Source of the DNA: Sulfurovum sp.
GTDB lineage: Bacteria > Campylobacterota > Campylobacteria > Campylobacterales > Sulfurovaceae
DNA: 64,000 nucleotides
Direction: 5' to 3'
Assembly (NCBI RefSeq): GCF_015493435.1
Contig: NZ_WGDD01000032.1
Span: 26-64,025 of the forward strand
In this document: positions 44,334 through 54,452 of the stretch, piece by piece
How the letters are laid out: every line of letters starts with the position of its first letter
Position numbering within the stretch: position 1 is the first letter of the stretch
Notes under the pieces: model-generated
The model's input: the letters and a program-made list of their open reading frames with translations, nothing else
What the model was told of the DNA's origin: nothing
Database searches by the model: none
Translations under genes and position numbers: made by a program

Positions 44334-45461
44334 TTATCCTTTATTGTATTTCACTTCACCCTCGACAATAGTTGTTATGATACTGAAATCTTTATCAAAA
44401 ATGACTATGTCCGCAGCATAACCGTTTTCCAGCTTCCCTAGGTCCAATCCCAGTTTTTTCGCAGGTATGCAGGTGACAGCATTGACTGCCTCAATACGTG
44501 TCATATCGGAAACGTTCGTCATATTCCGAAGGGCCTCATTCAGTTTCAGAACAGAACCGGCCAATGTACCGTCCTGTAAAACAGCTTTGCCGTTTTCAAC
44601 ACTCACCGGCCTTCCTCCCAGATCGTAAGAACCGTTTTGCATACATCCTGCGCGCATAGCATCGGTAATGAGCATCAGTTTGTCACCTTTTATCCGGTGG
44701 GTCAGTTTCAGGACAGACGGATGTACATGCACCCTATCCGCAATAATGTCACAGGTAATATCTGAATCGAACACGGCACCGGTGATCCCCGGTTCTCTGT
44801 GAAAGCAGGGGTTCATTGCGTTAAAAAGATGTGTCGCATGGGTAATGCCCCATGCAAAACTTTCTTTACTCTGCTCAAAACTTGCATTGCTGTGCCCGAT
44901 ACTTAAAATAATATGGGGGAATTTCCCGGAAAGCATCCGGATAAATTTTTCCGCTCCTGCTATTTCCGGAGCCATCGTGATCATCCTGATCTGGTCGAGA
45001 TACGGCGCGATGAGTTCAACGCTGGGTTCACGAATATACTGTTTATCCTGTGCACCGTGTTTTTCCGGGTTCAAAAAAGGCCCTTCAAGGTGAACACCTA
45101 TGACCCTGGCACCCTTTACAAGGGAGGCGTGCTGTTTTACATTTTGTAAAGCATTCTCAATAGCAGATGTTGACATCGTCATGGTAGTAGCAAGGAAAGA
45201 AGTAGTACCCGTCTGAACCAGGGTTTCAGATATGGTCTGAAGAGCCTCCGGTGTAGCATCCATCACATCAGCACCGCCTGAACCATGTATATGCAGGTCT
45301 ATGAAACCCGCAGAGACATACTGCCCTTTGGCATCGATCACTTCGATGCCGCTTAGATTCCGCATATCACACACCGCAACGATCGTTTTATCAAAAAGAA
45401 GGATCTTCTCTTCCGTGATTTGATCGTTGACAATCAGTTTACCATTTACAATCGCTTTGAT
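44334..45461 (-). CDS. nagA: N-acetylglucosamine-6-phosphate deacetylase; apparent ATC start
   Basis: GFIDLHIHG, HLEGPFL, GHSNA, THLFNAM, LITDAM, LAGSVL; the frame extends upstream to SD-preceded ATC AAA GCG ATT GTA AAT GGT (xKAIVNG). Confidence 0.9.
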   Translation of the reverse strand: MKAIVNGKLIVNDQITEEKILLFDKTIVAVCDMRNLSGIEVIDAKGQYVSAGFIDLHIHGSGGADVMDATPEALQTISETLVQTGTTSFLATTMTMSTSAIENALQNVKQHASLVKGARVIGVHLEGPFLNPEKHGAQDKQYIREPSVELIAPYLDQIRMITMAPEIAGAEKFIRMLSGKFPHIILSIGHSNASFEQSKESFAWGITHATHLFNAMNPCFHREPGITGAVFDSDITCDIIADRVHVHPSVLKLTHRIKGDKLMLITDAMRAGCMQNGSYDLGGRPVSVENGKAVLQDGTLAGSVLKLNEALRNMTNVSDMTRIEAVNAVTCIPAKKLGLDLGKLENGYAADIVIFDKDFSIITTIVEGEVKYNKG

Positions 45462-45500
45462 GTTTCTTCCTTTTTCACCGGGCGGATATAGGGCGCCGTC

Positions 45501-47039
45501 CTATGCATTCAAATGCTCTTTTAGCACGCGTTTGAGCACTTTGCCTGTAGCATTTTTGGGCAGTTCATCAATAATATGTATCTGTTTTGGAATCTTGAAA
45601 TTTGCAAGATGCTCCCTCATGTGTGCCTTCAGGCCCGACTCGCTGTAACTGTCTTTTTCTGCTTCAAGCTCAATATAGGCAACAGGTATTTCGCCGCTTT
45701 TCTCGTCTTTCATACCAATCACCGCAGAAGCGGAAACTCCGTCAAAAGCATCGATAATCTCTTCAATTTCACGCGGATAAATATTGATCCCTTTGGAAAT
45801 AATAAGATCTTTTTTCCTATCTACGATAAAAAGAAAACCTTCTTCATCCATGTATCCCATATCTCCTGTCAAAAGCCAGTCATTTACAATGGTTTCCCTG
45901 GTTGCTTCGGGACGCTTGAAATACCCCTGCATAACATGGTCGCCTTTGACAATAATATCTCCGATCTGCCCGTGAGGAAGCTCGTTCATTTCTTCATCAA
46001 CGATTTTGATCTCATACCCGTAGGCTGCCGTACCTACTGAACCTGCTTTCTGTTTTTTCAGTGTGTTCACGCAGACAACAGGACTTGCCTCACTCAGACC
46101 ATAGCCTTCAAGCAGTTTGGCCCTTTTGAACTTTTTTGCCATAGCATCAAGGGTTTTAGGCTGTAAGGCAGATGCCCCGGAAATAAAGGCACGTATATTG
46201 TTGAACCATAAAAAATACCACGGAAGCTTTGCTTTTGCCAGCGCATTGTACACATTGGGTATACCAAAGAAAAGTGTAACCCGTTTTGTCAGTACCTGTT
46301 TAAAAATATTGGAGAAAGGCTGCAGTGATTTTATGATCACCATACTTCCCCCGACATACAGAGGCATGATCACCCCGACCGTAAAGGTAAAAGAGTGGAA
46401 CATGGGCAGAAATACAATAACACGGTCTTTAGGTTTTACTTTGATCAGTTTTCTTGCAAACTCAATATTGGAAAGCAGGTTTTTATTGCTGAGCATCGCC
46501 CCTTTTGGTTTTCCGGTCGTGCCGGAAGTATAGATCAATACTGCCGTATCGTCAAGACCTCTCACAACATGGGCCGTCTCGGCAGATGTTGCCAAAGCTT
46601 CTGAAAAACTGACATTTTTTTCATCCAGCGGGGGTGAAGCACCTTCCCAGACAAGCAGTTGGCATTGAACCTGTGCATTCGACCTGTTCACAACTTCTGC
46701 ATGGACGGTTGAAGCAATCAGTACCGTACTCTCGCTGTCCTTGAGAATATAACTGAGTTCTTCCTCTTTGAGGAAGGTATTGACAGGGACAGTGATCGCA
46801 CCTATTTTGGATACAGCAAATACAGTATAGATGAATTCCGGAGAATTGCGCAGGAAGAGTGCGACCTTGTCGCCTTCCCTGATGCCTTTTTGAGACAAAA
46901 AGGCGGCGAACCTGTCAATCTTTTCAAGCAGGACACCATACGTGATCTTTTCATCATCAACAAAAAGGGCGACCTTGCGTCTGTGTCTTTGTGCCTGAGC
47001 GAACAGAAACTCATAAAAATTACTGTAGGGGTACTCCAT
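45501..47039 (-). CDS. fadD: Long-chain fatty acid--CoA ligase (AMP-binding family)
   Basis: YTSGTTGKPKGA, EGYGLSEASP, TGDMGY, DRKKD, NATGKVLK; start set at MEYPYS. Confidence 0.85.
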   Translation of the reverse strand: MEYPYSNFYEFLFAQAQRHRRKVALFVDDEKITYGVLLEKIDRFAAFLSQKGIREGDKVALFLRNSPEFIYTVFAVSKIGAITVPVNTFLKEEELSYILKDSESTVLIASTVHAEVVNRSNAQVQCQLLVWEGASPPLDEKNVSFSEALATSAETAHVVRGLDDTAVLIYTSGTTGKPKGAMLSNKNLLSNIEFARKLIKVKPKDRVIVFLPMFHSFTFTVGVIMPLYVGGSMVIIKSLQPFSNIFKQVLTKRVTLFFGIPNVYNALAKAKLPWYFLWFNNIRAFISGASALQPKTLDAMAKKFKRAKLLEGYGLSEASPVVCVNTLKKQKAGSVGTAAYGYEIKIVDEEMNELPHGQIGDIIVKGDHVMQGYFKRPEATRETIVNDWLLTGDMGYMDEEGFLFIVDRKKDLIISKGINIYPREIEEIIDAFDGVSASAVIGMKDEKSGEIPVAYIELEAEKDSYSESGLKAHMREHLANFKIPKQIHIIDELPKNATGKVLKRVLKEHLNA

Positions 47040-47040
47040 T

Positions 47041-48225
47041 TTAGAACTCGTATGCCACACTCAATGTTGTCAAGACGGCACCTCCTCCGTTAAATGATCC
47101 GCCGTTGTTCAGAACAGGGTTCGCATTGACACCCTTTGGCATACTGACAGGATCTTTGGAGTCAACCAAAAGTGCCGCACCCCAGGAAAGGTTCTGGGTT
47201 TGCTGGTATCTGAATCCCATGGAAAAGATCTTTGCATCACTGTCAGGCAGTTCAAAACCTAAATTTTCAACAGGCACAGGTGTTTCGTCGATCGCAAATC
47301 CCATCATCATGGTGATTTTATCCATCACCATCGTAGCACCGATCCTGAAGGTATTGGTATCCTGCCAGTTTTTAGGTGTCACAGGAAGAGGGGTACCTAC
47401 AAATTCCAGATTTTTATAGGTTGACCAGTATGTCCTTTCATAAACCGCTTCAAGTGTAAATGTATTGGCCCATGTTTTGCTCGCTGCGATATTTAGCGCA
47501 GCTGGCAAAGGCACCGTTACACTGGCATCCATAGCATGCCCGTTGATCGTCGCAGTTCCCTCTTCTTTCAAGTCCACATTCGAACGGTAGGTTGCTGCAA
47601 GCGTAATATCTGCAGTCGGTTTGTAGCTGAGTGCCAGATTATATCTGAACTCGACCGTATCTCCATCCATATTGACAGTCAGAGGCATCCCGATACTTGT
47701 AGCATCGCTTTTCACAACGCCGGTACTGTATACAAGTCCTACACCTGCACCGATACTGAGATTATCCATTACTTTGTAGGAAACAGAAGGGTTCAATTCC
47801 AGTATCTTGAGTGTAAACTCCTGTGCAAAAGCTTTCTGATACGGTGTATTCCATTTCTTGGTCAATCCTCCCGGTGCGGTTAGACTCACACCCCATCTGA
47901 AATCGCCTATCGCATTGGATACATAATGCAAATTGGGAATGACAATATTCTCTGTTTCCGTATTTCCGCTGTAAGGCGCCATCAGCACATAGTCAGTTTG
48001 CGGCAGATGCGCCAGGGTCAGTCCGCCTTCTATGTACTGTCTGTCTTCCATAAAAACCATATTGGCCGGGTTGAAATAAGCTGTATCCGCACCGCTTGTA
48101 TGTGCCACATACGCTGCACCCAGCGCCATAGAATTAAGAGACTGTTCAGGTATCTTGTACCCGCCTGCCATAAGTATGCTTCCCGCCACGGCACTCAGTG
48201 CCAGCCCTTTTACGATCGTTTTCAT
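47041..48225 (-). CDS. FadL/OmpP1/TodX-family outer-membrane transporter
   Basis: Signal peptide, hatch motif GYKIPEQS...LGAAY...AYFNPANM, PDSD, C-terminal YEF; start set at MKTIVK. Confidence 0.88.
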   Translation of the reverse strand: MKTIVKGLALSAVAGSILMAGGYKIPEQSLNSMALGAAYVAHTSGADTAYFNPANMVFMEDRQYIEGGLTLAHLPQTDYVLMAPYSGNTETENIVIPNLHYVSNAIGDFRWGVSLTAPGGLTKKWNTPYQKAFAQEFTLKILELNPSVSYKVMDNLSIGAGVGLVYSTGVVKSDATSIGMPLTVNMDGDTVEFRYNLALSYKPTADITLAATYRSNVDLKEEGTATINGHAMDASVTVPLPAALNIAASKTWANTFTLEAVYERTYWSTYKNLEFVGTPLPVTPKNWQDTNTFRIGATMVMDKITMMMGFAIDETPVPVENLGFELPDSDAKIFSMGFRYQQTQNLSWGAALLVDSKDPVSMPKGVNANPVLNNGGSFNGGGAVLTTLSVAYEF

Positions 48226-48251
48226 TTTCTTCTCCTTGTTTTTTATGTCCA

Positions 48252-48309
48252 TCACATGTTGAACTTGATTCAATATCCGCCAAGGATCCTCAATCAAGTT
48301 CAAGGTGAC
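48252..48309. repeat. Intergenic palindromic element
   Basis: TTGAACTTGATT...AATCAAGTTCAA 12-bp arms with inner ATCC/GGAT and outer TCAC/GTGA. Confidence 0.7.
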
Positions 48310-48321
48310 GCACGCTTATGT

Positions 48322-49212
48322 CTATTTTTCCACCAACGCGTAGAGTGCCTTGATCTCCTCAGGCCAGAGCGATTCATCGATGGTTTCCAGAATGAGCGGT
48401 ATGTCGTCCATGCGCGGGTCGTTCATGATGAATTTGAAAGCATCCCAGCCGATCTCTCCCTGTCCCAGTGAGGCATGCCTGTCCACCCTGGAACCCAGTT
48501 TCGGTTTGGAATCGTTGATGTGCATACCCATCAGATATTTGAACCCGACGATGCACTCGAAAGCATCCATCGTTTCATCATACGCTTCTCTGGTACGCAG
48601 GTCGTAGCCGGCGGTGAAAGTATGGCAGGTGTCAAGGCAGACGCCGACCCTGCTTTTGTCCTCTACTTTCTCTATGAGGTGTGCCAGGTGTTCGAAACGG
48701 TAGCCGAGGTTGGAGCCCTGCCCTGCCGTGTTTTCAATGACCAGTTTGACATCGGAACCTTTGGTCGCTTCAATGGCAAGGTTCATCGACTCGGCGATCA
48801 CATCGAGACAGTTCAGTTCTGCCTCCATCAGCTTCTCTTCATACTCCGGGTCTTTTTTGGGGATCTTCACCAAATGGGAACCGGGGTGGAAGTTCAGCTT
48901 GTCCACTCCAAGCTGCCCACAGCGTTCAAGCTCATCAATAAAAGCATTCCTCGATTTTTCCAGTTTTTCTGCTTCCGGATGCCCGAGATTGATCAGGTAG
49001 GAGTCATGGGGGAGTACATGCCTGGGAAGGATACCTGCTGTTTCAAGGTTTTTTTTGAAGGCTTCTATGGTTTTTGCTTCCAGCGGTTTGGCCACCCACT
49101 GCCTCTGGTTCTTTGTAAATACAGCAAATGCTTTTGCCCCTATGGCCATAGCGTTAAGCGGTGCATTATCCACTCCGCCGCTTGCACTGACATGCGCTCC
49201 TACGAACTTCAT
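48322..49212 (-). CDS. nfo: Endonuclease IV
   Basis: [53 protein letters not shown]. Confidence 0.97.
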   Translation of the reverse strand: MKFVGAHVSASGGVDNAPLNAMAIGAKAFAVFTKNQRQWVAKPLEAKTIEAFKKNLETAGILPRHVLPHDSYLINLGHPEAEKLEKSRNAFIDELERCGQLGVDKLNFHPGSHLVKIPKKDPEYEEKLMEAELNCLDVIAESMNLAIEATKGSDVKLVIENTAGQGSNLGYRFEHLAHLIEKVEDKSRVGVCLDTCHTFTAGYDLRTREAYDETMDAFECIVGFKYLMGMHINDSKPKLGSRVDRHASLGQGEIGWDAFKFIMNDPRMDDIPLILETIDESLWPEEIKALYALVEK

Positions 49213-49694
49213 TGTTTGATCACCTTGATGAGAATTTCATTTATTGTATCACGGAAGAGAATTTCATTATTTAAAACCCTGTATTCAATGTTGTATTTGC
49301 CGGGATTTTTGATCGTTTGTGTAAAGCCGTTACTTTTTTTCGTCATATTCACACCGTTGAAGACCGGTTTTCCCCGGAAAATATTTTCCACAATATCCTT
49401 CGGGTAATCACGGTTCAGTACCTGTGCATTAAATGTATTCTTGGACATACACTTCAGGCGGCTCATACAGATAGAATCTTTGGATATCTTCAATGTCATC
49501 AGTGCCTGACCGCTACTGTATATCTCTGCCTTGACCGCATCACTGTTTTCATAAAGGAAGCCCATATCGGCATATTTGACCGTAGGGGTTTTGAGCACGA
49601 TGTAGGCACTGTTCTGCTGGCTGTAGCTTGGTTCGCTGCATCCCCACAGGGACCATAACACTAAAAAAATGATAATATATTTCAGATATCGCAT
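49209..49694 (-). CDS. Hypothetical lipoprotein
   Basis: Lipobox-like LWG-C after a hydrophobic N-terminus; overlaps the nfo start. Confidence 0.75.
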   Translation of the reverse strand: MRYLKYIIIFLVLWSLWGCSEPSYSQQNSAYIVLKTPTVKYADMGFLYENSDAVKAEIYSSGQALMTLKISKDSICMSRLKCMSKNTFNAQVLNRDYPKDIVENIFRGKPVFNGVNMTKKSNGFTQTIKNPGKYNIEYRVLNNEILFRDTINEILIKVIKQ

Positions 49695-49782
49695 TTGAAT
49701 TCCTGTTTTTTAGGTAAATTATACCCAACTTAAGAGTTATTTAAGCGGTCAATCTATATAATTTCGTCCACAAGTTGTGAAT

Positions 49783-49857
49783 GGCCCCTTCGTCTAGCGG
49801 TTAGGATCCATGGTTTTCATCCATGTTACAGGAGTTCGAGTCTCCTAGGGGTCACCA
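49783..49857 (+). tRNA. tRNA-Glu(TTC), copy 1
   Basis: GGCCCCTT...CATGG-TTTTCAT-CCATG...GTTCGAGT...GGGGTCACCA. Confidence 0.96.
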
Positions 49858-49885
49858 TTTGTATCTTGTACACTATTATTTTGTT

Positions 49886-49960
49886 GGCCCCTTCGTCTAG
49901 CGGTTAGGATCCATGGTTTTCATCCATGTTACAGGAGTTCGAGTCTCCTAGGGGTCACCA
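49886..49960 (+). tRNA. tRNA-Glu(TTC), copy 2
   Basis: Identical 75-nt sequence to copy 1, after a 28-bp spacer. Confidence 0.96.
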
Positions 49961-50038
49961 ACATAACTTCCCAAAACTTTAATCAACATTCAATGATATC
50001 CATACACGCTTATTAATCGCAGGCGCATACTGTCGATC

Positions 50039-51328
50039 TCATCGGCCTATGGCATGATCGAGCTGTGCCAGTGCGATAAAATAATCGTAATAGGCATTGA
50101 CCAGATCGGAGAGGGAACGAATGTACCCCTGCTGGGCATCCTGCAGTTCGATGTAGTCCGAAAGGTCGTTCTCGTAGCGTTTTTGTGCCTGAATGAATTT
50201 TTGATGACTGGCATGGGCGATCCCCTCGGAAAGCTTGACATTGTTCCCGTTCCTGCGCAGAGAGATATGTGCCTCCAGTACCTGGCGCTTGATGGCTAGT
50301 TTGACACTTTGCACCTGCGAAGAAGCCTTGAGCACATTGATCTTCGCCTCTTCGACGCTGGCATCAGTCTGAAAACCGGAAAAAAGATTCCAGTTCATCG
50401 TGACCGTGACCTGCCCCTGTTCTTCAGGGCTGAGTGCCAGCACAGTGTCATCCACGTGTTGTCTGCTGTATTGGCCGTTCAGCGTAATGGTCGGAGCGTA
50501 GTCGCCTTTTTCCGCTTTCACATTGGCTTTGGCCCCGGAGACGATATGTCTGGAACTCTGCAGTACATACCGGTGATCATAGGCGAAGGACTGCAAACGG
50601 TAAAGAGAGGTTTTTACCCGGGGCAGTGTCTTGCTCACTTTAGGCAGGGAGAGTTTTCTACTGTAGAGAATGTAGTTACCGTTGTAGGGGACGTAGCCCA
50701 GCGTCTCTTCCAGTCTGGCCCGCTGTTCTTCAAGTTCATACCGGGCATTCTCCAGGTCCAGGCGTGCCTGTTCCAGGCGTACTTTGGCATCGGAAACATC
50801 GATGATCGTTTTAATACCAGAGGCAAGATATCTCTGGGCACGATGAAGCTGTTCCTCCTGCAGTTTCACGTTCTTCCGCTCCACCTCTATGATGCTTTTG
50901 GTTTTCAGAATATCATAATAGCGCTGCTTGACTTCCAGGATCTTGTCGGAAATAACCTGCTGCATCTGTGCCTGCAGTGCCAAAGTCTCGGCATGGGCAC
51001 CCGAGATCCTGCCGGATGTTTTCCCAAAATCGTACAGAAGCTGGGAAACCCCCAGCGAACCGGCCAGCATGTCAGAATAGTTCGTGGTATGGTTCTTAAG
51101 CTCTGCCCGCTGTTTTCCGCCATTCAGCGCCGCATCCAGCCTCGGAAGATAAAAGCCTTCCGTATATTTGGCACGCTGCTGAGCCCCTTCGAAATCGAAA
51201 CGGCTGATATCGATATCCGGACTGTGCTCCAGGGCTATCTTGATCAGTGCATCCACGGTAAGAGTATGGGGTGTCGCCTGTATGGCCGTAAACAACAAGA
51301 GCATGATAAACAGAGACCTAAGATACAT
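50039..51328 (-). CDS. TolC-family outer-membrane efflux protein
   Basis: Signal peptide, ALEHSPDI, SQLLYDFGK, WNLFSGF, alpha-barrel repeats. Confidence 0.92.
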   Translation of the reverse strand: MYLRSLFIMLLLFTAIQATPHTLTVDALIKIALEHSPDIDISRFDFEGAQQRAKYTEGFYLPRLDAALNGGKQRAELKNHTTNYSDMLAGSLGVSQLLYDFGKTSGRISGAHAETLALQAQMQQVISDKILEVKQRYYDILKTKSIIEVERKNVKLQEEQLHRAQRYLASGIKTIIDVSDAKVRLEQARLDLENARYELEEQRARLEETLGYVPYNGNYILYSRKLSLPKVSKTLPRVKTSLYRLQSFAYDHRYVLQSSRHIVSGAKANVKAEKGDYAPTITLNGQYSRQHVDDTVLALSPEEQGQVTVTMNWNLFSGFQTDASVEEAKINVLKASSQVQSVKLAIKRQVLEAHISLRRNGNNVKLSEGIAHASHQKFIQAQKRYENDLSDYIELQDAQQGYIRSLSDLVNAYYDYFIALAQLDHAIGR

Positions 51329-54300
51329 TGTCTTCCTTTACGAACTTTTCTTTGAGCCGTTCCAGGACGACGAAGAGGACCGGTGTCAGCAAAAATGTCA
51401 ACAGTGTTGACAGGAACATCCCGCCAAAGACCGCCGTACCCAGAGACTGTCTCGACGCCGCACCCGCTCCCGAAGCGAACACAAGCGGCAAAATACCCAG
51501 CAGAAAAGCGAATACGGTCATCAGGATGGCCCTGAATCTTAGTACGGAAGCCTGTATGGCACTCTCCACCAGTCCCATGCCTGAATTGTGCAGTTCTTTG
51601 GCGAACTCTACCACCAGGATCGCATTTTTGGAGGACATCCCGATAAGCAGGACCAGCCCTATTTGTGTATAGGTGTCGTTGAGCAGGCCGGCGAGCATGT
51701 TGGCGCCCAGCGCACCGAACATGACCACCGGGATAGGCAGCATGATGATCAGCGGTGTCATCCAGCTCTCGTACTGTGCTGAAAGAAAGAGAAAGACCAT
51801 CAGCAGGGAGAGTATAAAGATATACACTGCCGCATTACCCGCCTCTTTCTCCTGCAGTGTGATCCCGGAGTATGCATGTCCGATCGAAGCGGGAAGCTGT
51901 GTCGCGGCCAATTCTTCAATGGCAGCGATCGCATCGGCAGAGCTGAATCCGCCCTTGATGTTATGCACACCGTTAACCGCGATACTCTGATAACCGTTGA
52001 AATGGGTGATGGAGTTCGGACCGCTGATATTTCTTATTTTTACAATCGTACTTAGCGGGATCATCTCATTCTTGCTGTTCTTGACAAAGAAGGCCGAAAT
52101 ATCGTTTCTGTTGGTCCTGTAACTCTCATCTGCCTGAATGAAGACCCTGTAAGTCTTGCCGAACTTGTTGAAATCATTGACATACAGGGAACCAAGATAG
52201 GTACGCAGTACCGAAAAGACATCCTGCAATTTCAAGCCCAGAGAGAAGACCTTGTCACGGTCTATGTCGACATAGAGCTGAGGATAGTCGGCATTGAACA
52301 TCGTATAGGCCATAGCAATACGTTTATCGGCATTCAGTTTTTTTATGAAATCACGTGCATAGTGTCCAAACTCTTTCAGCGGCATGGCAGTGAGGTTCTG
52401 CAGCTTGAATTCAAATCCTCCCACAGCAGAGAGGCCTGGTACGGATGGCGGACTGAAGAGTCTTACTGTGGCCGACGGAATCTTTGATCTGGCCTCTTGT
52501 GTCATTTTTGACATCAAGTACTTCACGGAGGTTTCTTTGGATTTTCTCTTTTTCCAGTCATCCAGAATGATAAAGAGTGTACTTGTCGAGGAGTCGAGCG
52601 CTCCGGTGATCATGTTGAAACCGTTCACGGAAATGACATCCGATACCCCTTTGGTCTTTTTAAAGATCTCCACGGCTTTTTTTGTACTCTCTTCTGTTTT
52701 TTGCAGAATACTCCCCGGGTCCAGGGCAATGGAAGCGATCAGTGTTCCCTGATCTTCATTGGGAAGGAATCCTATAGGCAAAAGCTTGAACACACCATAG
52801 GTCGCCCCCAGTAAAAGCATATAAACTACCATGACGGCGACCCAGTGTTTCAAGAGTATTTTCAGAAAAGCGGCATAACGCTTCTTTACCGTTTCCAAAC
52901 CACGGTCAAAGGCTGTGAAGAACCTGTTCTTCTCTCCCTTCCTTCTGCGAAGGATACCTGCTGCGAGTGCCGGGGAGAGTGTCAATGCCATCAAAGCGGA
53001 GATCAGGACGGCAAAAGAGATGGTCAGGGCAAACTGTTTGTACAGGGCGCCCGAGATACCCGGGATGAATGTTACAGGCACAAAAACAGCCAGAAGTACG
53101 AGTGTCGTGGAGATGATCGGCGCAAAGATCTCCTTCATCGCCTGTTTCGTTGCCTCCTTGACAGAGATATCGGGATCCTTTTCCAAATTGGCTTCTACGT
53201 TCTCAACGACCAGGATGGCATCATCCACTACGATACCGATCGCCAGGATGAGTCCGAAGAGTGTCAGGGTGTTGATGGAAAAACCCATCAGCAGCAGTAC
53301 GGCAAAGGTACCTATGAGCGAAACAGGAATAGCCAGTGCCGGGATGATGGTCGCACGGAAAGACTGCAAAAAGAGGTAGACTACCAACAGCACAAGAAGC
53401 AGTGCTTCAAAGAGCGTTTTTATCACCTCATCGATGGAAACTTCCACAAACTTAGTTGTATCGTATGTAGGCTTGACGATGATATCTTTGGGGAAACGCT
53501 TCTTGAGTTCTTCAAGTTTCTTCTGTACCTTTTGGGCAACATCCAGTGCATTGGCATCGGGGAGCTGATAGATACCAAGAAGCGCTGCAGGTTTGTTGTT
53601 GAGATCGGCAGACCACATGTAGGACTCCGCCCCCAACTCAACACGGGCGATATCTTTTATGCGGACCCTGCTGCCATCTTCGTTCTCCTTGATGACGATA
53701 TTCTCGAACTCTTTGCTTGAGTCCAGTCTGGTCTTGGATACAAGTGTATATTGGAATTTGTTCTGGGAGGTAAGCGAAGTTTCACCTATCTTTCCCAGGG
53801 CGATCTGCAGGTTCTGGTCCTGTAGTGCCTGCGTCACATCATTAACAGTCAGGCCCAGAGCGGAAAGTTTGTCCGGGTCGACCCAGATACGCATGGAGTA
53901 CTTCCGCTCCCCCATGTTCTGCACATCACCGACACCATCGATCCTTTTCAGCTCTTCGAGGATATTCAGGCTGGCGAAGTTGGAGAGAAAAAGTGCATCA
54001 TGCTTCGGATTGCTCGACTGCACCGTCACGATCTGCACCATGGAGGTCGAGAGTTTCTTGGTAGAAACACCTGTCTGTTTGACCGTATCGGGCAGAACAG
54101 GCGTAGCCAGGGCGACCCTGTTCTGTACATCTACTGCCGCGATATCGAGATCATAGCCCAATTCAAAATAGACCTTGATGGTCGAAGAGCCATCCGAAGA
54201 GGAGATGGAATCCATATAGATCATCCCTTCGACACCGTTAAGCCGTTCTTCAATAGGTGAAGTCACGGACTTCTCGACCACTTCCGCCGACCCGCCGGTG

Positions 54301-54449
54301 TAGTTCGCCGAGACCTGTATCGTCGGGGGTACGATCTCGGGAAACTGTGCAATAGGCAGAAGCTTCATCGCAATAAGCCCCACGATCACGATAAAGATCG
54401 AAATCACCTTTGCAACCACCGGCCGCTCGATAAAAAAGAGTGGGAACAT
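51318..54449 (-). CDS. RND efflux permease (HAE1/AcrB type)
   Basis: FFIERPV, AIGIVVDDAILVVENV, LIGMSSKNAILVVEF, RFRAILMT. Confidence 0.96.
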   Translation of the reverse strand: MFPLFFIERPVVAKVISIFIVIVGLIAMKLLPIAQFPEIVPPTIQVSANYTGGSAEVVEKSVTSPIEERLNGVEGMIYMDSISSSDGSSTIKVYFELGYDLDIAAVDVQNRVALATPVLPDTVKQTGVSTKKLSTSMVQIVTVQSSNPKHDALFLSNFASLNILEELKRIDGVGDVQNMGERKYSMRIWVDPDKLSALGLTVNDVTQALQDQNLQIALGKIGETSLTSQNKFQYTLVSKTRLDSSKEFENIVIKENEDGSRVRIKDIARVELGAESYMWSADLNNKPAALLGIYQLPDANALDVAQKVQKKLEELKKRFPKDIIVKPTYDTTKFVEVSIDEVIKTLFEALLLVLLVVYLFLQSFRATIIPALAIPVSLIGTFAVLLLMGFSINTLTLFGLILAIGIVVDDAILVVENVEANLEKDPDISVKEATKQAMKEIFAPIISTTLVLLAVFVPVTFIPGISGALYKQFALTISFAVLISALMALTLSPALAAGILRRRKGEKNRFFTAFDRGLETVKKRYAAFLKILLKHWVAVMVVYMLLLGATYGVFKLLPIGFLPNEDQGTLIASIALDPGSILQKTEESTKKAVEIFKKTKGVSDVISVNGFNMITGALDSSTSTLFIILDDWKKRKSKETSVKYLMSKMTQEARSKIPSATVRLFSPPSVPGLSAVGGFEFKLQNLTAMPLKEFGHYARDFIKKLNADKRIAMAYTMFNADYPQLYVDIDRDKVFSLGLKLQDVFSVLRTYLGSLYVNDFNKFGKTYRVFIQADESYRTNRNDISAFFVKNSKNEMIPLSTIVKIRNISGPNSITHFNGYQSIAVNGVHNIKGGFSSADAIAAIEELAATQLPASIGHAYSGITLQEKEAGNAAVYIFILSLLMVFLFLSAQYESWMTPLIIMLPIPVVMFGALGANMLAGLLNDTYTQIGLVLLIGMSSKNAILVVEFAKELHNSGMGLVESAIQASVLRFRAILMTVFAFLLGILPLVFASGAGAASRQSLGTAVFGGMFLSTLLTFLLTPVLFVVLERLKEKFVKEDNVS

Positions 54450-54452
54450 TGA

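Noticed and set aside
44334-47039. FadD-NagA read-through fusion (the two genes are in frame across a TAG)
   Set aside because: An SD sits properly before the NagA N-terminus and a fusion has no functional logic; in-frame adjacency has a 1-in-3 chance
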